Shown here piece by piece: positions 26,914 to 38,350 of a stretch of 64,000 nucleotides of DNA. The stretch lies in contig NC_087245.1 of assembly GCF_037042905.1 (NCBI RefSeq), positions 7,194,001 to 7,258,000 of the forward strand, written 5' to 3'. Origin of the DNA: Lytechinus pictus. Taxonomy: Eukaryota. The translations under genes and the position numbers were made by a program. The notes below the pieces were generated by a model. That model was not told the DNA's origin and did no database searches. It was given only the letters and a program-made list of their open reading frames with translations. Numbering within the stretch: position 1 is the first letter of the stretch; each line of letters begins with the position of its first letter.

Positions 26914-28772
26914 TATAATAAGTTGTATCACACAAATGGTGAACGTTTATAAATGAAGATTCCCGGTTCAGCGGTTCTTGCAAAGAAGAGAAGAGAAGGC
27001 AAGGAGTAATACACGAGTCAAGGCTTACATTAATATTTTGTGAAAACAGTTGTCATGAATATTCATTAGGTGGGCTGATGATGTCACATCCCCACTTGTC
27101 CTTTTGTATTTCATTATATGAAATTAGGTTTATTCAATTTTTTTCCTCCAAAAACTAGAAAAATTGGATTGACAACTGATTTAGTGCATTAGATATTTAT
27201 TGCTGCAACTTATTTCATTATAAGGGAGACCTATGATTCACACAAGTATGAAATAATGAAAAAATATGATTTTATGTAATAACATATAACGAAAAGTGAG
27301 GATGCGACATCATGACGACTGTTTTCACAAAATATTGCTAAACTTTAAATAGTAGACCGGCCAAAAGTAAAAAAGTGCTCTAGATAAGGATTCGACGGCA
27401 AAATTTGTTAATGCTTGGCATCCCAGCTAAAAGTCTTGCAAAAATACCCAGGAATAGCGTAACGCCGGATGCCAAGCGCAATTTTGCGTGAAAGTGTCAT
27501 TTTAGCGTAAAAACTGAAAGAATGTCGAAAATCACGCATTTTGATATTTTGACGGATTATCATCATATTTTTTATTATCTTTGATATGCAATTAGTTTTA
27601 TTCAGAGTTTCAAATTATAAGTCTCATAAATATGCATTTCAAATTTGAATATTACACACACACACACATGGCACAGGGAAACATATAACCGCGATTTCCT
27701 CAAAATAAAAGTTTGTGAAAACTATCAATAGTTTGAAGTTTTTTTACGCAGCTTAAATTCTTCGATTTAACTGCGTTTATCAATCAAGTATATAGTAAAT
27801 GTCCTAATGTCACAAATATTAAAAGAATTTTCAAGTAAGATGGAAGATATCTCACGTTATGTTATCCGAAAGAAGACAATGTGCATTTTACCAGGTGCGC
27901 ATTTTGAAAGAAAAATTGAAAATACCGTACATTATGTACATAATTACATGTATAAGTACATACTAAAGCGAGTTTTTAATTACATGTATAAGTACACACT
28001 AAAGCGAGTTTTTAATTGAATAGCACAATTTGTCAAATCTTTGCATCCCAGCTCAAATTCTTGCGGAAATACTGAGGAATAACGTACGGGCGGATGCCAA
28101 GTGCACTTTTGCGTGAAAGTATCATTTTTTGCGTGAAATCTGAAAGACTGTCGGAAATCACGCATTTTGATATTTTGACGGATTATCATCATATTTTTGA
28201 TTATCTTTGATATGGAATTATTTTTATTCAGAGTTTCAAATTATAAGTCTACTAAATATGCATTTCAATTTGGAATATTACACACACATATATGGCAATA
28301 TGACATAAAAAAATCGTGATTTACTAAAAATAATAGTTTGTGAAAATGTTCCGCATCTCAATTTCGTCAATTTTAGCGCTAACCGAATAAATACATAATA
28401 ATTGTTGTCATGGCACATATAGTGAAAACAAATGTTGAAATAAGATGCAAGATATATCATTTTATGTTATATATGCGAAAGATAACAATGTACATTTATC
28501 GGATGCGCATTTCTGATAAAATACAAACAGCGCACAATATTACATCTATACTGCACATACTAATATTAATCAGTGCGATGCTCGTCATGATATTATATAG
28601 GATTATGTTTACTTTTGTAGAGTTCGATCTTCTTCGAGCTATTTCCGCGAATTAATTGGTGCTGAACGTAAATCTACCAGTGGCGATATTCATAAATAGG
28701 TCTGATATTTAATTTGCCGTTACCATGGTAACATTAATTTTGTAGGAATATCTATATCCAAAATCATAGAAA

Positions 28773-28958
28773 CAGTAGCGTACCTAGGATTTTCCACAGG
28801 GGGGGGGGGCTAAACCGTCGGTCAAAAAATTTGACAAGCAAAAAAAAGGTCTCAAGCTCGTCGGGGGGGGGGGGCATGGATACGTCTTTTACATGGGTTG
28901 GGACTCGTCAGGGGGGCAGACTGCCCCCTCTGCCCCCCCCCCCGTAGGTACGCTAGTG
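28773..28958 (+). mobile_element. Short hAT-like non-autonomous element
   Basis: 8-bp TSD CATAGAAA on both sides; TIR CAGTAGCGTACCTA / TAGGTACGCTAGTG. Confidence 0.9.
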
Positions 28959-29089
28959 CATAGAAAATATACATTTATGAATAAAACGATCGAATTAGCA
29001 TTTTTAAACTACTCTGTCAATCTACATTTTACTTCAATTATTGGATTATCAAAGTCTAAAAAAATATGGCCGTTGCCACGGCAATACCT

Positions 29090-29610
29090 ATTTTTGGTCT
29101 CGCTTGCATGCATAGCAGAGCGGGACTAAAGGAGCCACTTTACCTGCGGAGGCGACGGTAGTTTTGATTTAACAGCGTCATATCAACCTTGAAATCTTAA
29201 CCAAGGTTACGTTTTCGAAATTTCGTTATAACTTTGAACGTACATGTATAGAAAAAAATTAATGACACTTATAACAGTATTCAGGTATTACTGATCGTCT
29301 TGCACAAGTTTTAGATCACATGATTAAGGTCATAGGTCATTTAGAGTCACTGAACTTTGGCCATATGGGGGTATTTTTTCTTAATGTCATCATAACTTTT
29401 GAATTGTATTGATCCAGTTCATGATTAAACTTGAATATAAGGGTACATTAAAGTATCATGAAACATTTTGCACAAATTTCAGTTCACATGATCAAGGTTA
29501 TACGTCATTTAGGTTCGATGAGCTTATTATTTTATTATCACATGAATGGCGCTTTTGTGAATAATTATTAGTTTCAATTGTTTCCAATGTTCTGCTGCTA
29601 TAATTATTAT
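29090..29610 (+). mobile_element. Diverged Helentron/HINE-like copy
   Basis: TTTTGGTCTCGCTTGCATGCATAGCAGAGCGGGACTA start and aggtca-rich units, similar to the copies at 7547 and 44900. Confidence 0.6.
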
Positions 29611-30956
29611 GTGAAAATATGAATAATAAATGTTATTTGGTCTTTTGCATTGCAAGTTATAATTTTCATTCAATTCATTTTGCTTCATTACAGTTTTCGC
29701 GTTTGCTATTATCATAGGTCCATGCTGTTATATATCGTAGTCTAAGACGGGGGCCGGACAGCCCGACCCTGGGCAGCCCTGGACATACATGTGTGTATTG
29801 CCAATGCCAATTTGGGAAATGCAATCTATATATTACAATATCTGCGCTGAACGCTGGTAATTAGCCTTTAGATTTGTTTGTCATAATGGTCGTGCGACTG
29901 CATTTCCCAACATGGCAACACATGTGATGAAATGAGCTTTAAGCATTAAAATGTGAACTTAAAGAACCCACTCTTTTAGTATTTCAAACATCATTCTCCA
30001 CAGATGAAAACTCTTAGCTCATGCAAATGGTTATTGACCGATCTATTTTAATATCTGGTCTAATGAACTGTTCAATTAACTGATCAAAGAGACCGCAGTT
30101 GCATGAAACAACGCCTTCTACATTCTAAAATTGGGAAAATGAGCTACGGACACTGACATAAGCCTTGTGATAGAAGATGCATGGAAGTGAGGGGGAGGGG
30201 AAACTTGCCCCCCAAAAAAAAATCAAGAAAAGGCATAAAACAACAAAAGCAAAATAATAGAAAGCTTGTTGGGGAGGGGGTCATTTAGTTATTTATTTAT
30301 TCTTTTATTTATATATTTATACATATTTATTTATTTATTATAACCTTAATTGAATGTAAATATTGTAATTTTAACTTACATTTTTTTATTAATATACACA
30401 AATTCTTCCCTAAATTAAGGCTTTTGCTTAAAAGACTTGGTCAGTCAGCTCACTCACCAGCAGCGTAGCTAGGATTTTGTCAGCAGAGGAGCACGGGGGC
30501 GGGGCTTGGTATTTTGCAGGGGGTACCAGAATAGATTGATTCATCAAGTATTTATTATTAAGTACATATTAGCTTTATTCTCACAAGCACGATTAAGTAT
30601 CTGACAAGGCCCATTTGAATAATTCGAGCGCGAAGCGCAAGCATTTTTATAATATGCCATGAAATTTAGAGCTGAAAGTTAGAAAGTTACACAATTCGTA
30701 AGTGTAATCATGAACATTATTGTAATGTTAAAATTTCAGAAATTTTTAATATTCTGACGGGAAAACGGAGCATTTAATACATGATATATAGGCTATTGAT
30801 GCGAGCGCGAAACGCAATCTGATTTTTATATTCCAATCCGTAAACTGGACATTTTGATGACGTTTTGAAATAAAGAATATTATGTATCTGTTTTTTTTAA
30901 AATCCAGCACAAGCCGAGCTGGCTTTTTTTTTTTAATTAGAAACGAAACATTCTAA

Positions 30957-31160
30957 GGCGCGATAGCTCAATCGGTAGTGAGGGGGTTTCGGATTCCGGT
31001 GGCCTGGGTTCGATTCCCACTTGGCGTGCTAGTGCCAAGTAAGGCATTTAAATGGTAGTAAGGCATTTTAATCCTATAGGTCCCTCGGATAGTACCTTAA
31101 GCCATCGGTCATCTGGTTGCTTGCTTAGAAGCATTCACGCTTTCTTAGCAAATGAGGTAA
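30957..31160 (+). mobile_element. tRNA-derived SINE
   Basis: GGCGCGATAGCTCAATCGGTAG (A box) and GGGTTCGATTCCC (B box), followed by a non-tRNA body; acceptor stem does not close well. Confidence 0.75.
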
Positions 31161-31609
31161 AACTAAAAATCGTCAAATCATGAACAATGATCAGTATTTA
31201 ATTATAGCATTTGATGCGAGCGCGAAGCGTGAACTAAAAATTTCGAATTAAACGAAGGATTTTAAACATGTTTTTAATGTAGAAAAAGATGAATATCTTG
31301 CTTAACAAAAACGTTAGCGCAAAAGCGCGAGCTAAAATTGGGAGAGACTAAGAGCTAAATATTGGACAAACAGTATTCACATTTATTTAATAATGAACTG
31401 GATGCGACTGGATTCTGAGAAGTTGACATTTCAAGCAAGGTTTTTTTTAAACAGATAGCAAGTTGTTTATCTCATATATTAATGCCAGCGCGAAGCTCGA
31501 GTCGAAAATTTATTTGCCATCTTTTTGTAATCCCGTGTAGGGTGCCTATCTCGCTGAACCACAATAAAATATACACTCGAATCGCGAGCAGAATACTTTG
31601 GGTATATTA

Positions 31610-31831
31610 CAGCGGCGTACCCAGGATTTTCCAAAGGGGGGGGGGCAATTTTTTTGGAGGATATTTCGTCCGCGAAAAAAAATTACAAGCAAAAAAAAAA
31701 AGGTATTCAACCACAAATAAAGGATTTGGTACCAGAAAAAAAAAACGTCAGGGGGGGGGGCAGGGGTACGTACCTTGCATGAGTTGTGACTCGTCGGGGG
31801 GCAGTCTGCCCCCCCCCCCTTTACGCTGGTG
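31610..31831 (+). mobile_element. Short hAT-like non-autonomous element (same family as 28773)
   Basis: 8-bp TSD GTATATTA on both sides; TIR CAGCGGCGTA / TACGCTGGTG; shared gactcgtc-gggggcag body. Confidence 0.85.
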
Positions 31832-34192
31832 GTATATTATCTTGAAAACGGGATACTTTCAGCTCCATGTAATCCTTTCGGACACTACACATGACCTTAG
31901 GCAGCGGGGGGAGGGGGGAAGAGGCAGTTGCGGCCAGAAATTTTGTAACTCGTTTTAAGTATGTACTTATTCATGTAATTATGTTAATAATTTACAGTAT
32001 TTTCAATATTACATTCAAAATGCCCCCCCTCCCCGCTAAATTTTGCATGCCCCCTTTCGGAAAATATTTCTTCCATCTTACTTGAAAATTCTTTTAATAT
32101 TTGTGACATTAGAAACGATCGATATTCAAAAGATGAACCAATTTCAATCGAAGAATTTAAGTTGTAAAAAAACTTAGAACTATTGATAGTGTTCACAAAC
32201 TTCTATTTTGAGTAAATCACGATTTTTTTATGTCATATTGCCATATATGTGTGTGTAATATTCCAAATTGAAATGCATATTTAGTAGACTTATAATTTGA
32301 AACTCTGAATAAAAATAATTCCATATCAAAGATAATCAAAAATATGATGATAATCCGTCAAAATATCAAAATGCGTGATTTTCGACAGTCTTTCAGATTT
32401 CACGCTAAAAATGATACTTTCACGCAAAAGTGCACTTGGCATCCTCCCGTACGTTATTCCTCAGGATTTCCGCAAGACTTTTAGCTGGGATGCAAAGAAA
32501 TGACAAATTGTGCTATCCAATTAAAAACTCGCTTTAGAATGCACTTATACATGTAATTAAAAACTCGCTTTAGTATGTACTTATACATGTAATTATGTAC
32601 ATAATGTACGGTATTTTCAATTTTTCTTTCAAAATGCGCACCTGGTAAAATGCACATTGTCTCCTTTCGGATAACATAACGTGAGATATCTTCCATCTTA
32701 CTTGAAAATTATTTTAATATTTGTGACATTAGGACATTTACTATACACTTGATTGATAAACGCAGTTAAATCGAAGAATTTAAGCTGCGTAAAAAAACTT
32801 CAAACTATTGATAGTTTTCACAAACTTTTATTTTGAGGAAATCGCGGTTTTATGTTTCCCTGTGCCATGTGTGTGTGTGTAATATTCAAATTTGAAATGC
32901 ATATTTATGAGACTTATAATTTGAAACTCTGAATGAAAATAATTGCATATCAAAGATACTCAAAAATATTAAAATAATCCGTCAAAATATCAAAATGCGT
33001 GATTTTCGACATTCTTTCAGATTTTACGCTAAAAATGACACTTTCACGCAAAATTGCGCTTGGCATCCGGCCGTACGCTATTCCTGGGTATTTTTGCAAG
33101 ACTGTTAGCTAGGATGCCAAGCATTAGCAAGCATTAACAAATTTTGCCGTCCAAAGTATAAAAAATCGTTTTGGCCGGTCTACTAAAACTTCAATAACTT
33201 TATCATTTGTTATCCGATTTTGATGAAATTTTCGGCATTTTGCTCAGTGAATTATACTCTATTAAGATATAAATATTTTCAGCTCGGACCATTCCTTTAA
33301 ACCCCTAAACAAGTACAGCGATATTTTAATTGTCATAATATCACGGACGTCGGCTTTACCTTTACCTACGTTATCGTTGGGTTTAGTACGTCCCCACCTC
33401 CCACACCTCGCGAAAATCGGATTCTAAACACGCAGTGTTGAATGTTTGGGCAATATTCAAAAAAATAGTTTTTTTTTATACCATCGCAAATTTGACCCTA
33501 TACACGTAGCTTTCCGAGCGAAATAGTTACTTTTTCATTATTTTAGTGTTTTTGACACCCTTATTACGCTACGTACGTAATAGTCAAGTAGAACCACAAC
33601 GTGACCGTCAAGTTGGGTATACATGCATTTTTTAAGCTGAAAGTTGTAGTGCAGGGTTTCTTCTTCGAGAATCCGACGCGTGCCACTTGGGCATTTTTCA
33701 AATTGACGTCATAGGCCACGCCCACTTTATTACATACCTCTTGTATTTGACCTTCATATTTTACGAAACAAACATGTCATGTTTGGTATCAAATTAAAGC
33801 TAATGAAAAATCAAATGCAAATATATGGATCACTGGGAATTTAAACACCCTAATGTCAGTTATAGGTATTTTAATGTCATAAAAGGTCAAATCGCATTAC
33901 AAATGTAAGTAATACATATAAGGCGAAAAATATCATGTTTTAAATACAAATAAGTTAGGTATTATATGTATTTTTTCTAAAAGTTAAATTGAGGGTGCGC
34001 ATATTAAGAATCCGATGGGTGCGACCTTGGCATCTTGAGGAATTGTATTTATGTGACGTCATAAACCACACAAACCTTCACACATTCCTCTTAATTGTTA
34101 ATTTTCTATTGAGCGGAATAAACGTATCATGTTTGATATCAAATTATAGCAAATGCAAAATCAAATCCACAAAATATGAATCACAAGGCTTT

Positions 34193-37085
34193 TAAAGTAA
34201 ACTTAAAGACATTTTACCACAAAATATTCTTCTTACATATATAATTCATTGATTTTACCTTACATATCTTATTGCAATATTGTTTGGGGATCCTGCAAGC
34301 AACACTTACTGAACCGTATCTTTCTTCTTCAAAAGAGAGCAGTTCGTATAATATGCCATAAACCCTTTCTAAGCAAGGGCGCCGGAAGCGAGGGGGCAGG
34401 GGGGGGGGCACTTGTCCCCCCAAAGAAATTTTTTGGGGGGCAAAACGAGATTTTGCCCCACCCCCCCCCCCCCAATGTGCCCCCCTTAAAGTAGAAAAAT
34501 TATAAATATTTAAGGACAAAAGTAAACGATGAAGGCACTTTTCTGCCTAAAAATTGTCAAAAATGAAAAAAATGAAAAAAAAATCGCCCCTGACGGGGCA
34601 ATTGCATATCAGAGTAAGCCTCGCGTCTTTTGACGAACATGTAAAACATACCTTTGAGAAGCCCCTTTTCCATCTTATTACATTGTGATAACGTTTAACC
34701 TTTTAATTAATACATATCAGACTAAAACCGAATGGCGAATTGAAAGTGGTTCACCAATGCATGCTGGCTGTGTCGGCTAACAAACGCGCGGTCGCCCAGA
34801 ATCGCTCAGACCGGACCCGGGGAGCGTTTCATCAATATTTTCATCCGACAAGTTGTCAGATCTGACATCTTTCCATGATTTTGATTGGCTGAAAGGCACT
34901 GTTCCTATGGTATTTGTCGGATAAAATGGGACTTGTCGGATAAAACGTCTGACAAGTCCTTTCATGAAACGCCCCCCCCCCCCCGATGTCACTAACGCGA
35001 GTGAGCGTTAGTTACTCGAGCAACATATGGAATATATGTCATAGCTGTCATGCCCAGAAACCATAACATCTCGAGGTCGTCATATATTACTCTAGGACAT
35101 ACTCTCAATCTTCCATTTTTTTCTTCGGAAGAAGTAAAATTGATAGGCGAGAAATTGGAAGTTTGAGAGTAGGTCCTAGAGTAATATTTCTTGAAAATGT
35201 GTGTAGTTCTGAAAATGACTGTAAAACAGAAAAGGTTAAAGAGTTAAAGAGGCTTGAGTTGGATTATTGGAGATCCCGGGGAGAAGATGCTAGCTTGAGT
35301 CGGCGAATGGAGTGCAGAGCAGGAGTACTCATCTATCAACTACTCAAGCCTCTTCAACTCTTCAACCTTTTTCTGGTTTACTGTCTTTTTCAGGACTATG
35401 CTCATTTAAAAAAAAAATACTCGACTCCCAACTGTCCACTTCCTCCTCTATCAATTTCACTTCTTTCTCTATCCACTTTTTCGAAAACTCTACATCCGCT
35501 GTTGGAATGTAATTGTTTTCTTCTAAATAATGTTACATAATGTACATTATGATCTGCGGTAGTTTCTTAATCAGTTCATGATTATTTACAAATGAATATT
35601 TCCTGGAATTTGATATTCATCATTTCCTAGTTATGGTCACATTTTCCCCAGAAAATATGTAAAGAAAATGAACATTTTGAAGGAGTCATCCAAAAGTGCT
35701 TCCCGGCCATATGAAACGTGCAAAAGGAAACACATAAATCGAAACGTTTAAACTTCAATGATTTTCAGAAAAGTGTTAAATTGTTAGACAATTAAGCTTG
35801 TCATATTTCTTTTTCCTCCAGTTACAAAATATGAAACGTATTGCCCATGCATGGGTAATCTGGGACTATCTCCAATGCTGATGTCAGAAATGATTTGCAT
35901 AGAATGGGGATTTAAGAGCTTATCGACATCTGCCACGTCAGAACAGTATGACATTTTGAATTTAAAAAGACGGTCATTAGAATTTCTTTCATGTGTTTCT
36001 GTTGTTACGCTTCTTGTTCTGACAGGAATTTCTTGAAACTTATATTGTGCTCTCTCGCGTCGTCCGTGTATGTAAATGTACATAAATAAATGTTTCTGAA
36101 AGGATATTGCATGAAAAATGTAATTCCTGGTATTGTGAGTCAATATAAGGGTAATACGTAATTTGATTGATCAGACATGAAAACCACATTCCGAAGCGAC
36201 TGCTTTGCGCGTAGATTTCATAGGTTTTCATAAATTATGAGTATAGTCTTTCGTAGTGAATTCTATGTTTAATTCTCAAGAAATTTATTTTTTTAATGCT
36301 GAATGCTCTTAGAAACGCAACTGTTATACTCCATTTTTACACAAAGTCCTTACCATGGGGGTCCCACACCCTCTCCCGCTCGATCGCTTCGGTATCTCAC
36401 GCTGTCAAAAATATTGTGCCCCCTTCGGGATTTTGCCCCCCCCCCAAAAAAAAAAAAAAAAAAAACTAAAAGTGTTCCGGCGCGCCTGTTTCTAAGTCAT
36501 AGCAGACCTCTTTTCTTGAAATTAGATATACTCCCAATTTCTTTACTACATGATTTTCAATTATCTGTTTTTATGTATTCCTATTATAACAACCCTTTGC
36601 CTAATAAATTTGACAACATTTTTCAAACCAATAGAGATATACATACATATAATACTAGAAACTCAGCTGATACTCGTGCAATATATGGCCATTATCCTTT
36701 CTCAAATAACATATTTTTATGTAGGGGTCCCATTATTTGGAATAAGATCCCTCAAAATATCAAGCAGTGCAAAACCCTTCAAAGCTTTAAAAGACATTTA
36801 AAAATACATTTCATGCAGAAGGTCTAATACTAATAGTAATACTGATATAGATACAATTGTATACTTTTGTTATGTTTGTTGTTCTGTATTTCCTTACTGC
36901 ATTTTTTTTATTGTGTTGTTTTGTGTTAATATCAGGATCACTAACTTATAAGTTCCTTGTATCTTTTCAGTGATCCTTCCACTATTCTTAAATATACTCA
37001 CTTTTGTTATAATGTATTTTATTAAAATATTTATACTTCTTGATTTGTATGTTTTTTATGAAGATTGTGGTAAATAAAGTTTCAA
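34193..37085 (+). mobile_element. 5'-truncated CR1/L2-group LINE 3' end, split by a hAT-like insertion
   Basis: LILPYISYCNIVWGS...LQKRAVRIICHKPFLS (34230-34373) continues after the insertion as HSRPLFLKLDIL...HTYNTRN...GPIIWNKIP...FKRHLK (36497-36827), then an AT-rich 3' UTR with AATAAA near 37073. Confidence 0.85.
34374..36488. mobile_element. Non-autonomous hAT-like element
   Basis: 8-bp TSD TTTCTAAG at 34366-34373 and 36489-36496; TIR CAAGGGCGCCGGAA / TTCCGGCGCGCCTG; contains a small MITE at ~34820-34978. Confidence 0.9.
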
Positions 37086-37512
37086 TATTGCGTTTAGACC
37101 AATTAAAGGTCATGAAAGGTCATGTTAGGTCACAAATGTAAGCAATGCAACATATAATGCGGACTATCTCATGTTTGGAATACAAACAAATTGAGCATTG
37201 AATGTATTTTTGGCTGATAATTATGTTGAGGATGTGTATATTTTGAATCTGACAGAGGCTACCTTGGTACCCTTGGGGCAACGTCATTTTCTTACGTCAT
37301 AGACCACACCATCCTTTTCATATAGGTCAACCTCTTAATTATGATTAACAGTTATTATCTCTTTTCTAGTGTACGGAATAAACATATCATGTTTGTTATC
37401 AAATCAAAGCTTATGGAAAGTGGAGTGTATTTATACGAAAAAAAATCACATGCCAAGGTCACCTTTAGGTCATTTTAGCCCATGAAAGGTCTAATGAAGG
37501 CGGGAGTTTATA

Positions 37513-38350
37513 AGTAGGGGAAGGCGGGGTAAGTTGAGCATAGGGGCAAGTTGAGCCACCACCCCCAGGCCAATAATGAATGAGTCAGACATTGTGGTGG
37601 TGTCATGTATTGATGACCCATTACATAACACTTTACCAAACCATATTGTTTTCGACTTTGAAACAAAAGGTACTTTTTTAGACGGAAAAATACAAATTTC
37701 AGCCAAAAAAGTAAAAAAGCGTATAAAATAAAGGAGTGAGAGAGTGAGAAAAAAATAATATTGTTAGTCCAGGTATGGATCTTCATTCTTGTCATAGTCT
37801 TTTAAATGATGGATGCATAAGAAATGTGTGGATGTGAAAATATCGCATGAAGTTCGGACTGGGGTACTTTGAGCCAGCCAACATGGGGCAAGTTGAGCCA
37901 TGATGATTCATATGGTAATAAGAATGAGAAAAAAAAAATTTGAAAAGCCATTGATATGCAGGCAGAAAGGTGTAAATTCACATTACAGTTCTTTTACTTT
38001 TAGAGGATGTTAGTATTTATAGAGAATTACCAAGTGAAAAGACTTGAAATAAAAAATTGACATGCTGCTTCTTCCTGCATACATTTTGTATATAGTTTTT
38101 GTGGCACAACTTACCCCAGAAGGTGGCACAACTTACCCCACATATGGGGCAAGTTGAGCCATTTGACATCGTTTTTTTCAAAGGTCACAATGAATTTCAG
38201 TGTGGGGGTAGAAAGTTGTATATAGGTGAAAAATATTTCCCAAGAATCAAATTTAAAGGCAAGGTTCTTATTTCTAAAATATTATTAGTCATACCAGTTC
38301 TAACATGCAAAATGCAAAAAGTGTCACAACTTACCCCACCTTCCCCTACT
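37513..38350. mobile_element. TA-flanked MITE
   Basis: TA-AGTAGGGGAAGGCGGGGTAAGTTG ... CAACTTACCCCACCTTCCCCTACT-TA; internal ggggcaagttgagcca repeats. Confidence 0.85.

Larger units (their letters stand above)
27350..33185. mobile_element. Fold-back DNA element with ~1-kb terminal inverted repeats, inserted in a TTAA-type MITE
   Basis: TAGTAGACCGGCCAAAA ... TTTTGGCCGGTCTACTA flanked by AAA/AAA. Arms 27350-~28345 and ~32195-33185 are close reverse complements (ORF-track entries 27807+ and 32481- translate almost identically). Confidence 0.85.

Noticed and set aside
30957..31030. Possible tRNA gene
   Set aside because: A and B boxes are present, but the acceptor and anticodon stems do not pair convincingly and a SINE-like body follows. 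The same applies to 18020-18101 on the minus strand.
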